From: Zancudomyces culisetae HAW-14-8
Taxonomy: Eukaryota > Fungi > Kickxellomycota
DNA: 64,000 nt
NCBI GenBank assembly: GCA_052426225.1
Contig: JBNJNM010000011.1
Location: 4,588,001 to 4,652,000 of the forward strand
Direction: 5' to 3'
The translations under genes and the position numbers were made by a program. Each line of letters begins with the position of its first letter. Positions within the stretch are counted from its first letter, which is position 1. The notes beneath the pieces are model-generated. The model saw nothing but the letters and a program-made list of their open reading frames with translations. It searched no databases and was not told the origin of the DNA. Below are positions 33,845 through 45,388 of this stretch, piece by piece.

Positions 33845-34559
33845 CTATGCCTCTTTCTTTTGAGATTTTCCGAGCAGTTGCTTGTGGATAAACTATTTTA
33901 ATCATAACATAATTAGTGGATACGAGTTGGTTCAATAGAAAAAATACTAGCAATGAACAAGAAAAAGATGTTTGACTTACGGGGATAACACCACCACCAG
34001 CAATGGTGGCCTTTACCAGTGTATCCAACTCATCATCGCCCCTGATAGCCAGCTGCAAGTGCCTTGGAGAGATACGCTTGGATTTCAAGTCTCTGGCAGC
34101 ATTCCCAGCCAGCTCTAGCACTTCTGCAACCAGATATTCCAAAATTGCTGCAGTATAGATAGCCGCTTTGGCTCCAACGCGGGTATTGTATTGGGTTTGT
34201 CTTTTTAGGTATCTGTGAATTCTACCTACTGGAAACTGTATTTGTACAAACATAAAAGGGTTAAGGTCAGTTAATATTAAGTTAAAATAGTAGTGAAAGG
34301 TATGAAAAGAGAGTATGGGTAATATAGGGAGTATCGATATACGTGTTAGGCTCTGTGCCTAATTTTAGACGCTGAACCGACATGTGTTGCCTATTATTGC
34401 AAAAAAAAAAAACTGTTTCTGTGGTATACTTGCCTGGATCCCTGCCTTTGCTGACCTGGACATAGCCCTCTTTGGCATCGAACTGGTATATTTTCCGCCT
34501 GTTGCAGCTGCAGAGGTTTTTCCCTTGGCCTTTCCTGTTCTCGAAGGTGCATCCGCCAT
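33845..34559 (-). CDS. HTZ1: Histone variant H2A.Z, 3 exons (34559-34434, 34235-33981, 33892-33845), 142 aa
   Basis: SRSAKAGIQ|[50 protein letters not shown]|FIHKQL. Confidence 0.96.
34236..34433 (-). other. Non-canonical GC-AG intron (H2A.Z intron 1)
   Basis: Donor CAG|GCAAGT, acceptor TACAG|TTT; this junction restores AGIQ-FPVGR. Confidence 0.88.
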
Positions 34560-35502
34560 TTTTTTTTGTTTAGTAGATCGTTTTAGCGTATATTGAAGTT
34601 AGTATATCAAAAATATATTTTTTTATACAATACTGAAGTGTTAACACAATTAATAGTTGACTTTTTTTATAAAAGCAGGATTGGAATGAGCTATATCGAA
34701 TGAACTGAATTTGTCAACGTCAAAAAAAAAACAATAACAGTGTTTTTTCAACCCTGAGTTTGGGGGTTTAGAATAAAGCCTCATCTAGCATTTGAAATTT
34801 TGATTTTCAAAAAAATATAAACACAGAAAATGCGTATATTTTTCGCTCCATCTTCGTTACCTTTGAAAAAAGCGGTTTTCATTTTATAATATTCAAAAGT
34901 AAATTCGATATTCAAAAAGCAAAATAAAATAAAAAATCGAAAGTTGAAGGATAATGTATTGATTGGTTGGTAGGAACTTGTAACTATAAACCCTGCTAGT
35001 AAATGTAAAAAAAATGCCAATTAAAATTTTTTTTAGTACAATTGTTATGCCACCTAGCTCCCACTTTTCAAAAATAAAAAAAATAAAAACTCCACAATCA
35101 GAATCTCATAACCATTTCTACAATATTAAGCCTCCATTGGTGGATTCTCTTGAATTGGCTTGCTTAGCACAAAAAAAAAGACTATCTGTTTTTCGCCAGT
35201 TTGCCGAAATTTAGTAACAATTTACACGAAAAATGGAACATAATTCACAGCAACCTGTTTAAATAAAATTTCGCGTTTTATGTTGGGAATTAAATCCGAC
35301 TTTTACCATGCTCTCAACTAAACTCTTATTTGCCTGAACTGAAGAAATACACAAAAAATGTTACAAATTGCAGGACTGTGCAAGCCAAGATGAAAAATAC
35401 ATGTCCTAAATGCTAATTAGTTCATACGCTGAAACAAAAGCAGACCTCAGTCACGTGCTTGAAAAAGTGCAGATATGTCTGACTCTACCATCCACAGGAC
35501 AC

Positions 35503-37492
35503 TTAAAACCCTGCATCAATACTGCTATCACTATCACCATCACTATCATTAACATTCCTTTCAAAAAACTCGCCATCGGCACCGTGTCTGTTGGTGAGGC
35601 TGTTTGCATTGACGGTTGAAAGTTCTGAGTCTATGTCGCTAGTGCATTCACCAAGCTGCTGGGTGACATTGCCATTTTCAGAATGCACTGCATCCAGTGA
35701 CAAAAATTTGTTGCGCGTTTCAAGCCATCGTTTTCTAGTAAACGTACGGAGCACCCTCTCGCCATCATCATCAATGAAGCTTACGGTGACAAATTTTTCA
35801 TTGGATGACACTATACGCTCACCATTATCTATATATCTGTTGCCGTTACTATTGGCATTAGTAAGCGATGTTGAATGTATGGATGAAGGTAGAGATGAAG
35901 ATGAGTACGAAACTTTTTTTGAGTACTCTACGTAGTAGATTGGGGGAGGCCAGACTGCGTTTGAACCTACTTAACCAAAAAATTGAGCGTTTACGCCACG
36001 CTGATTAGAATTAGATGAGAATGAAATAAAAGCAAATGAAAAAAAAAGTGTACAAACCTTTTTCCTGGATATTTGTGTCAAAATGTAGTCCTCTGCACCC
36101 ATCATCAGCGTTATTTTTCGAAAGTGGGAGGATTGCAAGTAATAAATTATTACCAAGTACTTGTTTAAAGTTTTCCAGAGTACCCAGATCGAACGGATAT
36201 TCAAACTATATATTTTTTAATAGTAATATGTCAGTACTTTGTTATTAACAAAAGGTAAGAAAGCAAGAATGCATGTCAATAATAGCAGAGGGTATCGAAA
36301 AGAGAATAATTACATCATCGAGTTTACCAGCTTCCACGAGCTTTTCCATTCTAGAAATCTCTGAATTTTCGATAGTTGTTGTGTTTCTGGAAATCAAAAA
36401 AGTGTGGAAAACACTGAGCATTCCAGCAAACATTATGGTGAGTAATATCATGAGAACATTTGTGACGATAAAAAACATCTCCTTTGTAGTGGTAAAATTG
36501 ACCTAATTATACCATAAGGGTTAATAGTGCAATGTAAAAAGCATATATCTTTCGCGAATAGTTGCGAAGAATAAATGGAACATAGTGTACTTACGTGTAT
36601 GTAATCGTATGGATATCTAACCATTTTGTAGATCTCAAATATTCGTAGAAAATGTAGCGTCAAAGCGAATACGCAGCCGAGATCAACAAATATCAAGAAT
36701 TTGTAAAAGTGAGCTTGGTTATAGTACCCAACACAGTTGTTTGTCCAGGGACCTAATAACACAACGGTAGCATTAAATGCGTGGGTTAGTACTGATTTTA
36801 TACACATGGGTAAAAAGAAGGGAAGAAAAAAAAGCTTTACAGTGATGATCCATCTTCAAAACGCATTTTCCACAAACTTTACAATGGTGAGCCCTTGGGG
36901 GTTTATGAACATCACAGGTTCTGCAGTACCTGTTGTTCTCATTTGTATTCCGCATATAATTGCTCTCTTGAGCAGGGGGTGCCATCTTGGCATTTTCAGA
37001 ATGTCGATGTTTCAAGTCAGTGTCATTTGTGGTATTAGTCTGAATCGCAGTGGCAACTACAGCCTTTGTTGTGACGTTGCATTGTTCGCTGGTCTGGTCG
37101 TTTTCGGTTTTCTTGTGTTGATAGCTCTATTCGATAACAGAAAAAAAAGTTTACAAAATTGACAATGTTGAAAAAAAATGAGAAACAACAATAGATGGGA
37201 TGAGCTTATTATTACTTACATTTACATCTGGAATCTGCCCAGGATCAACGGTGCAAGCCAAGTAATAGTAGAGTAGGATCAATCCAATAATAATGTTGAA
37301 GGCTGATAATACAAAGGTACGAGAATCTGTAGTATTGGCGTTATCGGATTGGCCTTGGAATTGGAAGCGAGACTTGGGCTCGAGGTAATCCCAAAAAACA
37401 TAATACTGGCTAGTAATTGCTATGTATAGAATGTACGCAGTGACACCAATGACGTATAACTGGCCACTTGTGATTACAATGTATCCTGCCAT
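35503..37492 (-). CDS. PFA4: DHHC palmitoyltransferase (Pfa4/ZDHHC6-like), 6 exons (37492-37220, 37126-36841, 36752-36595, 36502-36314, 36205-36058, 35966-35503), 505 aa
   Basis: [32 protein letters not shown]|[25 protein letters not shown]; all introns GT-AG and in frame. Confidence 0.88.
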
Positions 37493-39162
37493 AATCTATC
37501 TGTGCTGAGTATACTTTTTAGATTTATTTAGGGTCTCAAGAGGATAGAAATTGGAAAAGTAAAAGAATATGAAAATAAACATGGGAATAAATGAATGGTG
37601 TATTGTGTATTGTGCTATTATTGTTACATTAAAACAATCAGGCAAAAAAAACAATAATAATCAGAGGATTTACCATGATGACATTGTACGCTAATAGTTT
37701 TCGGCCTGGATCTGTTTTTTTTTTTGGTACTAAAACTTGGAAAACAGTCATGTTAAATTGAGGTCCACTTGGTAATAAATAGCCTAAAAGTACATGTTAG
37801 CCCAATACACGTGGAGTATACAAAACCTACTAGACAAAGCCTGTTTGGTATTACAACTAGATTCAATTTACCATCTACTCTTTTTCAATTCAGGTACAAC
37901 AAAAACATAACTGGGAAAGAATGAGATAAATATAACGAGAAAAAGGCTCATAAAGGCATCTAGAATTAAATTTAAGCATAGACTGTGCCTTCTTCTTCCC
38001 TGCTTGAACTGGTAGAAAAGCCAACGTGTTTGGTGTGTTTATCACTTGACGTATTCAGAGTTAAAAGAGTATGTTATAGATCAGGGTTCACTATTATCTG
38101 GCATATTCTACACGTTTACATATTATGGCATTCTCATCATCAACACAACTGGGGTTTGTAATTAGCTCAAATAGAGAAACCAAACCATGAATCATTCTTT
38201 CTGCAAAGCGATTAAAATCTTTTTTATTGTTCTATTATAAGAGTCTAGAACTGTTTTCTTCATTTTAATTGATGAGTATTCGTCACCAATTTCCGATTCT
38301 GGAAATTTCTTTCAAAAGTAAAAATAAAAATCCTAAGCTGTGCATTTTAAGTGGACATATCCCATTTATTTGCAGCGCAGAAAAAAATCTACGTATATAA
38401 CGAATACGTGTGTACATAAAATCAATCAAAAAATAGTTACCTATGTTTTATTAGGAACGGAGGTGATGATATTTGGGAATATTGAAAATGTAATTTGAAT
38501 GAATAAGTACAAAATCGGCATGTTCTTTCTGATTAGCTTACACTTTTAGATAATAAATCCTACCAGCTATTCCAAATCCAAGAGCTACTAAATCAACAAA
38601 CAAGAAAATCAGTTCATGAGTAAAATATACCGCAGGTTGATGTAATCCCGCATCATCAACAAAGTTATGATTTACCACATTAAATTGGGATTAAAAAAAA
38701 TATAAGCTATTCCCTCCACCTATTACGTATCACACATATGTGTTATTTGTAAATGAAGAATAGTAACATCTGCAACATTAACAACAAAATCAATAGCAAT
38801 AGCTGTAATTAATAATATTATTAATTAACCCAAGAAAAAAAAAATTCCCCCTTTCACGTGCGGGTATAACACAAGCACTTTGGCTGCAGCATCCAGAAGG
38901 GTGAGGGAAATTCAAAAACGAGCTGTTTTTTGTATTTTAGCTATATACAGTTGTTCAGATCGGTCAGTACTCGGATCGGACAGAAGTTTACTTTCTTTTT
39001 ATGTAAAAGCGATACTGTATATAAGACAAGGAACTAGAGAAGACGGTACAGAGATCCAAATAGATTGTAATTACAAAAAGATTTTGAGTTTCAGTTTTCC
39101 TTTACATGAAAATAAACAACTTGGAAAATTTAAAAGAAAAAAAAGTAATATAGAATAATAAA

Positions 39163-40866
39163 ATGAGCAATGAGAATCACAAACAATTTCAGAATGATCA
39201 ACAAGGAAGATTTGCGGTAATGGAAGAAGGAAGAAACAGTGAAGATGTCATGAACCAGGAATTAGATCCAAATTCCGAAATCGCATCTCATGAAAAAGAG
39301 GAACTTGGGGTAGAACCGGCACCAATACTTAGAGTAACGGCCAAAAAGAATACGAAAGTGGATGTTCGATGGCCACTGCTCGCGCTTGTAGTGATGTCGC
39401 TGGTATCAAACATTAACCAATCACTGGCGTCATCGGCAATCGTGACGATTGCCAACCAGCTCAACGGACAGGACCAGTCGGCGTGGATTTCAATGGGATA
39501 CCAGATGGTCAGCGCAACATCACAACCATTTTTTTATCCACTGGTGGCGATAGTTGGAGTGCGAAGATTCTATATGATTTCGCTGGCATTAATGTTGGCA
39601 TGTACAATACCAGCACTAATTGGTAACAACATTATAAATGTAATAATTGGGCATTCGCTATCTGCGTTTGGAGCAATAGGAGTTTCAACAACCACAAGCC
39701 TGATAATAGCCTCAACTATCCCACCATCTGGGCACTCCAAATATTACGGAATTATGACGTTAGTGCAGAATCTGGGCAGCACAATTGCTCCGCTGATTGG
39801 GCCAATAGTGGCAACAGCCTTTGGGTACCGCTCGCTGTTTATCATTGAAGCGACCAGTATCGGATGTGCACTGGTGGTGTGTGGGATCGCAGTGTGTTTT
39901 ATGGACGACTCAAAAACGCGCACAACACGGTGGAGACAGTTCGATTTTGGCGGATCGGTGATCTTGATTTTGTTGATGCCAATGATAGTTTTCTTCTTTT
40001 CGGGCACGCGTGGAGAATTCGGGATGGGCGCAGGCATAACTATTGGGCTAGGAGTCGGAGCTTTGGTGCTAGTTGTAGTGCTTGCATTTTTTGAACGACG
40101 TACAAAACAGACGCCAATTATTGACATAAAAATGTTTACAAGACCACGTGAGATGTTGGTGTATGCAATGGTATTTGTGGTAGGGTGTCGGTATTCTTTT
40201 AGTGGGTATTATGTACTGGTATACACTGGTGTTGTGCGGAATGCATCGGACTTGCTCAGAGGGTTTGTAACTTTTAGTTTCCATATGGGTTTATCTGTCA
40301 GTGGCATTATATACGGCCGACTGCTGCGCACTGGCAAGTTCCGTGCCATGATGGCTAGTGCACATGCCCTGGTATTAATTGGTAATATAGGCGAGCTGAT
40401 TACATGGCCTGCCAACTTCCCCGCGTGGACCTTAGTGATTTTTGAGTTTATCGCAGGTCTTGGTGTCAGTGGTATAGGTCTAACCTCGTTTGTTTACCTC
40501 ATTTCCATTACCCCAATATCTCTAAAGGACCGGTACATCAGCCTGTTTTCTTTTTGTGTTACCCTAGGCTCTGTTGTTAGCAATTCTATCATGTTGGTAG
40601 TCTACAACAAACCTTTGTCGCAAGCTGTTGCCTCTATCACCCAATCCAACCCAGAATACTCCTCCTCTATCACCACTGCTCTTTCCAACTCCTCCCTTCT
40701 ACACCCCTCCCCTTCCTCCACAAACACCTTTCTACCTGCATATATATCAGACTCCATCCTCAACTCCTTCTCCCGCTCTTTCTTCTATGTTGCACTCTTC
40801 AATCTTCTCTTTGGTTTGTGCGGCTTTTTTATGGTTTATTTTGTAAGGACACCACCCCGAAACTAA
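39163..40866 (+). CDS. MFS drug:H+ antiporter-like (DHA2/14-TM type) transporter
   Basis: ~14 hydrophobic segments; FDFGG, PIIDIKMF, large loop before the last TM. Confidence 0.82.
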   Translation: MSNENHKQFQNDQQGRFAVMEEGRNSEDVMNQELDPNSEIASHEKEELGVEPAPILRVTAKKNTKVDVRWPLLALVVMSLVSNINQSLASSAIVTIANQLNGQDQSAWISMGYQMVSATSQPFFYPLVAIVGVRRFYMISLALMLACTIPALIGNNIINVIIGHSLSAFGAIGVSTTTSLIIASTIPPSGHSKYYGIMTLVQNLGSTIAPLIGPIVATAFGYRSLFIIEATSIGCALVVCGIAVCFMDDSKTRTTRWRQFDFGGSVILILLMPMIVFFFSGTRGEFGMGAGITIGLGVGALVLVVVLAFFERRTKQTPIIDIKMFTRPREMLVYAMVFVVGCRYSFSGYYVLVYTGVVRNASDLLRGFVTFSFHMGLSVSGIIYGRLLRTGKFRAMMASAHALVLIGNIGELITWPANFPAWTLVIFEFIAGLGVSGIGLTSFVYLISITPISLKDRYISLFSFCVTLGSVVSNSIMLVVYNKPLSQAVASITQSNPEYSSSITTALSNSSLLHPSPSSTNTFLPAYISDSILNSFSRSFFYVALFNLLFGLCGFFMVYFVRTPPRN

Positions 40867-43800
40867 GTTTGCTCGTCATTGTGTCAAACCATACGATATA
40901 TCGACTACACTCTTTATCTCCATTAGCTGTCGGTGTAAATGTGGTAATCTGTTTGTATTCTATTGCACTGTTTATTATTTGCCTGAGTGATATTGTACTC
41001 ATTTCTATTGCTTTGTTTAGTTTATTTATTCGATACCCTTTTTTAACTCCAAATAAATATTTACTACTTTCCTCATACTCATTGTTGGCACTACTGCTAC
41101 TCCCACTATTGTTGCCACTACTATTACTAATATTGCTACCATTGCCGTTGTTACTCTCGACATCTCCTCCTCCTCCTCCTCCACTGATATTCCTTCCGCT
41201 TGTGTCATGAATGTTCATTCTGCCTGTAGATTGACCAAGTGTATGAAGCAACGCAAGCAAGTACAGCTGGTAATTGTCTATACCCCCATTATCTTTTTCT
41301 TTTTCTTTTTCTTCAATCAATTCTTCCAAATCATCTTCACAATCTGCCTTCTTCTTAGATTTGATTCTTTTCTCCTCCAGTATTACATATTTCTCCACAA
41401 GCGATTTACTAGGAGGTCGTTCAGCCCGCTTCTGTCGAACTATTTCACTCAATTTAACCTTCTCCCGCTCTAGCCCCTCGAACTCCTTGTATATTTTGGA
41501 TATTTGTCGGATAAACACAAACCCTAGCTCCCCAACCTCTATTCTATTTACTTGCTTCTTTCTCTCTTCGTTACCACTCCCAGCTAGTATACCCATAAAT
41601 CTCCCCACTACAAACCGCAATACCTGGTTGATCCGGTCATATTCTCCCCCCTCCATTACTTCCTCTCCATCTTTTGTCTCTCCTTCTTTTCCTTCCTTTT
41701 CCTTTTCCTTTTCCTTTTCCTTTTCCTTTTCTCTTTCTTTTTCTCTCCTCCCGCCCTTGGTACCGCTATTAGTGATTATACCAGTAAAACACTTGAATAT
41801 CGCCGCAACCACATCCCCCATCACTGTTTTATCTCCTATCACCGGTCCACTAATCACCACATCTTCTCCCCATTCATCTTCATTTTTCTTCACACCTCTG
41901 AGTTCTACATTCTCTCTCTCATATTTCAGAATCTCTATTTCCCGAGTCAAGTACTCTCGACTATATTCATAGCACTCCCTAACTTTGTATTTGTGTTTTG
42001 GTTTAGGCCCCGGTTTTTTTTTCTCTATCACCTTTTCCTTCCTTGTATCAATATTTGCATCATTATTGCCATGAACCCCACCATTACTATTATTGCTGTT
42101 ATTGCCAACATTGTGGTGATGGTAGAAGTAATGATAATTTGGATTATTCAGAGAATAATATCGTGCATAGTCCATCGCTTTATAATAATTTTTCTGTAGC
42201 TTGCCCTTATACACCTGCTCATTCTTTAGTTCAAATTTGATTGTACTACTTTCTATAAATCGCCGCATCTCTTCAACCATCCTACTTAGTTGCTGTACTA
42301 TACTGTTTATGTTTATTCCGATATTTGTCCTATTATTTACATCTTTGACACCTACTCTACCACTCTGTAGTTTAAGCGCGTATTTATTGCGTAGTCGTGA
42401 GTTGTAAAATCCACTTAGCTCCTTCTTCTCATGTTCATCATCATCATGTTCTTCCTCCTCCTCCTCTTTCTCTTTCTCCTCTCTTCTCCCCACTTTATCC
42501 TTTTTCACTTTTCCTTCTTCCTTTCCCCCTTTTTTCTTTTGCTGGAACAACTGAGCACTTTGCTCATCATCTTGAGCCTTTTCATTAGCATTTATACCTT
42601 TGCTACTTTTATTCCCATCCATACCGCTATTCCAGTCACCCCCATCCTCCTCCTCTTCCTCAGTCTCACCGTTATCGTCATTATCAGCCTCGCCATCATC
42701 GCCATCATCGCCATCATCGCCATCATCGCCATCATCGCCATCCTCATAATTGTCATTATCATTATAGTAATACTCTTTCAGCTTATCAAAAATATCATAA
42801 TCAACCATCTTGCTTCCTTCTCCCGCACCCATTTCTGCTATGACTCCATCCCGGTCACTACTACCATTACCACCACTAGAATTCAAATCTTTACTGTTTT
42901 TATTCAATAGACCCAGAGCTTGCTTCAGTATCCTCAAATTAACATTAATTGGAGGCTCTTGTTGTTCCATTTCTCCCCTGCATCGCCTTTTTTTTCCTTT
43001 TGGTTTTCCTACAAGCCGCTCAAGAACATCTTCTAGTTGTCGGACACAATACTTTACCAGGTCTATCTCGTATTTCTGCATAAACACTTGTTCCTCTACC
43101 TCAAACAATGCCTCTTCATACCGATTCTTGTAATGAAACCGGTACTCTTTACGGTCAGCACTTGTAAATGTACCAACCGACCGCAGAACAGCCGCTTCTA
43201 TTTCATTTCTTTTACCCCCTTCAATACGTGGTTCCTGTGCTAAAATTACCTGCTTATAACTCGGACCGTACATTTCTTCGTTCTCTTCCTGTATGAATTT
43301 TCTCTTCATGCTATTGTCTTCTATGGATTCAGCACTATTATTAAGACCATCGTAATAATTCTTTGATGGAAACAACTGTGTCTTTGAATCGAACATCACA
43401 GGTCCATACAGTAAATACCCAAACTCAGTAATGATCGAATTCCGGTCCCATAGTTCCTGCCCGGTACCCGGTTTTGCCTTTATGTATTTTTCTAGTGGTG
43501 GCGGCACGTTCGGCAAAAAAGATTGCAGCTTTTCCAGCAGTCCAAATGCGCTAAGTTGTTTGTTGTTGTATTGGTTTACACACTTTATAAATTCAGCGTA
43601 TAGGCGTGCATTTCTACCCATAAACTCAAAGATTTTGATAAATACGTTATCAACATCCTCGAATTGCGTTCTATTTTCAGTTACAAAGTTCTTTTCGACA
43701 TCTCTGATCGTGTTATTCGTTGTGGCATCTGTGTTTGTGCTGGTGGTTAGTGATAGGGTATGGATTAGCTTTTCCATTTCCACACACAACGCAGCTGGCA

Positions 43801-44161
43801 GCTTACATTTAATCAATTCCAAAACGTTGTTTCTATTCTCAATGCTATCACTTGAAAATGGCCCAGAACTGGGATTTAAATTGGAATCTGAATCGGAATT
43901 GGAATTGAAATTGGAATCTGAATTAGAATTAGAATCAGAATTAGAATTGGGATTGGGATTGGGATTGGGATTAGGATTGGAATTGGAATTGGAATTGGAA
44001 TTGATGGAATGAATATTGGGGCTCAATGATACAAACAACCTTAGAATATCTCGAAACTGATGCTCAGAAACTGCATTCCTAACACACGTAAAAAATTGCG
44101 AAAGTAGAACCTGTTTACCTGTTTTTGTTTTTTCGTCTTCTTGGTAAACTTGAGGCTCCAT
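40829..44161 (-). CDS. Divergent Sin3-like corepressor scaffold with low-complexity insertions
   Basis: Sin3-type motifs: PAH-like LYAEFIKCVNQY, YGPSYK, KNRYEEALFEVEEQ, NYYKAMDY, and C-terminal LFG...INKLNKAI and YIVWFD..TSKLSF. Confidence 0.7.
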   Translation of the reverse strand: MEPQVYQEDEKTKTGKQVLLSQFFTCVRNAVSEHQFRDILRLFVSLSPNIHSINSNSNSNSNPNPNPNPNPNSNSDSNSNSDSNFNSNSDSDSNLNPSSGPFSSDSIENRNNVLELIKCKLPAALCVEMEKLIHTLSLTTSTNTDATTNNTIRDVEKNFVTENRTQFEDVDNVFIKIFEFMGRNARLYAEFIKCVNQYNNKQLSAFGLLEKLQSFLPNVPPPLEKYIKAKPGTGQELWDRNSIITEFGYLLYGPVMFDSKTQLFPSKNYYDGLNNSAESIEDNSMKRKFIQEENEEMYGPSYKQVILAQEPRIEGGKRNEIEAAVLRSVGTFTSADRKEYRFHYKNRYEEALFEVEEQVFMQKYEIDLVKYCVRQLEDVLERLVGKPKGKKRRCRGEMEQQEPPINVNLRILKQALGLLNKNSKDLNSSGGNGSSDRDGVIAEMGAGEGSKMVDYDIFDKLKEYYYNDNDNYEDGDDGDDGDDGDDGDDGEADNDDNGETEEEEEDGGDWNSGMDGNKSSKGINANEKAQDDEQSAQLFQQKKKGGKEEGKVKKDKVGRREEKEKEEEEEEHDDDEHEKKELSGFYNSRLRNKYALKLQSGRVGVKDVNNRTNIGININSIVQQLSRMVEEMRRFIESSTIKFELKNEQVYKGKLQKNYYKAMDYARYYSLNNPNYHYFYHHHNVGNNSNNSNGGVHGNNDANIDTRKEKVIEKKKPGPKPKHKYKVRECYEYSREYLTREIEILKYERENVELRGVKKNEDEWGEDVVISGPVIGDKTVMGDVVAAIFKCFTGIITNSGTKGGRREKEREKEKEKEKEKEKEGKEGETKDGEEVMEGGEYDRINQVLRFVVGRFMGILAGSGNEERKKQVNRIEVGELGFVFIRQISKIYKEFEGLEREKVKLSEIVRQKRAERPPSKSLVEKYVILEEKRIKSKKKADCEDDLEELIEEKEKEKDNGGIDNYQLYLLALLHTLGQSTGRMNIHDTSGRNISGGGGGGDVESNNGNGSNISNSSGNNSGSSSSANNEYEESSKYLFGVKKGYRINKLNKAIEMSTISLRQIINSAIEYKQITTFTPTANGDKECSRYIVWFDTMTSKLSFGVVSLQNKP
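42688..42742. repeat. Coding 9-mer repeat (GCCATCATC)n encoding (Asp-Asp-Gly)n
   Basis: About 6 tandem units, seen directly. Confidence 0.85.
43878..44002. repeat. Coding hexamer repeats encoding (Asn-Ser)/(Asn-Pro)/(Asp-Ser) tract
   Basis: ggaatt/gggatt/agaatc units. Confidence 0.85.
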
Positions 44162-44401
44162 TCTACTAAATTGGTGTTTATATTTTACAAATCTATCATA
44201 TAATCAATATATAAATCAACAAACAATTAATGCTGCTTTTTCTACAAGATTAAAGCAAATAAAAATACTAAAGTCCATTTTTTTTTGTTTATTTAATTCT
44301 CCTTTGCTAAACTATTCAAGGCAAAAAGAAAAAAATAAATAAATCTAGAACGGGAATCATACACTGTCTCATTTAGTTCGGTCGAATAAACTCGGTATAC
44401 T

Positions 44402-45269
44402 ATGTTTTTCCTGGTAAGTTCTTCTTTCTCCTCTTTACATTTCTCTTTTCATGTATCCTTCCTTTCCTTCCCCCATTTTTTTAATTTACTCTTTAATTCC
44501 TCTAACTCATTTTTCTTCTTTAAAAAAAACTAACAAAAAAAATACAAATCCAACCCCTTAGAAAGAACTCACACACCGAATAACTTTACACCCTAGCTTT
44601 CTTGGTCCTCAGATTCGCTCATTTGTAACATCCAAGTTGTACCGCGATGTCGAAGGTACTTGTAGCGGGCGGTATGGCTATATCGTCACTGTCGTCGCGC
44701 TCGTAGATATTGGTAAAGGCAGGATTCTACCAAATGCAAATGATGGTAGCGCTGAATTTCTGGTGCGGTACTCGGCAATTGTATTTAAGCCGTTCAAGGG
44801 CCAGGTTGTCGATGGCATTGTTAGTGTGGTGAACAAAATGGGATTTTTTGTTAGTGTGGGTCCATTGCAGGTGTTTGTAAGCAGCCATTTGATTCCTGCC
44901 GATATGCAATTTGATGCCAGCTCAAACCCGCCATGTTTTGTTAGCAAGACAAGCTATGCCTCGGCTAGCGATGTTAAATTCAAAATCAAGGATGAGGATT
45001 TGAACGAGGATGAGGCTGGTGATTTATTTTCTACTCAAAACGACCAAAGCTCTTCAGCAAACATCAAGAACCTGGCTAGCAGCAGTGGTGGTAGTCATTT
45101 AAATCAGTACAAAATAGAAAAAGGAACCAATATCCGAGTGAAAATAGTTGGTTTACGAGTAGATAGTAACGAGATTTTTGCTATCGGAACCATCAAAGAA
45201 GACTATTTAGGAGTTATTGAAGCAGCCATACTACCTTCGGCCTTAGTACATCCCAAACTGGAGCTTTGA
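44402..45269 (+). CDS. RPB7: RNA polymerase II subunit Rpb7, 2 exons (44402-44413, 44562-45269), 239 aa
   Basis: MFFL|KELTHRITLHPSFLGP, VEGTCSGRYGYIV, FKPFKGQVVDG, IFAIGTIKEDYLG; branch point ctaac near 44530. Confidence 0.96.
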
Positions 45270-45388
45270 GACCTTTTAAATTCAAATTTATTTATTTTTT
45301 GCTTAATTAGGAACCAAAGCATGGTATGCATTAGTAAATAGTATATATTAATATAGTAATAATAATAGTTTTGTTTAGTATATTTAGT

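Noticed and set aside
33564-33980. Long hydrophobic C-terminal extension on H2A.Z in the ORF track
   Set aside because: Read-through of intron 2; splicing gives the normal FIHKQL end
41207-44012. Multiple hydrophobic + strand ORFs
   Set aside because: Antisense to the purine-rich low-complexity Sin3-like CDS
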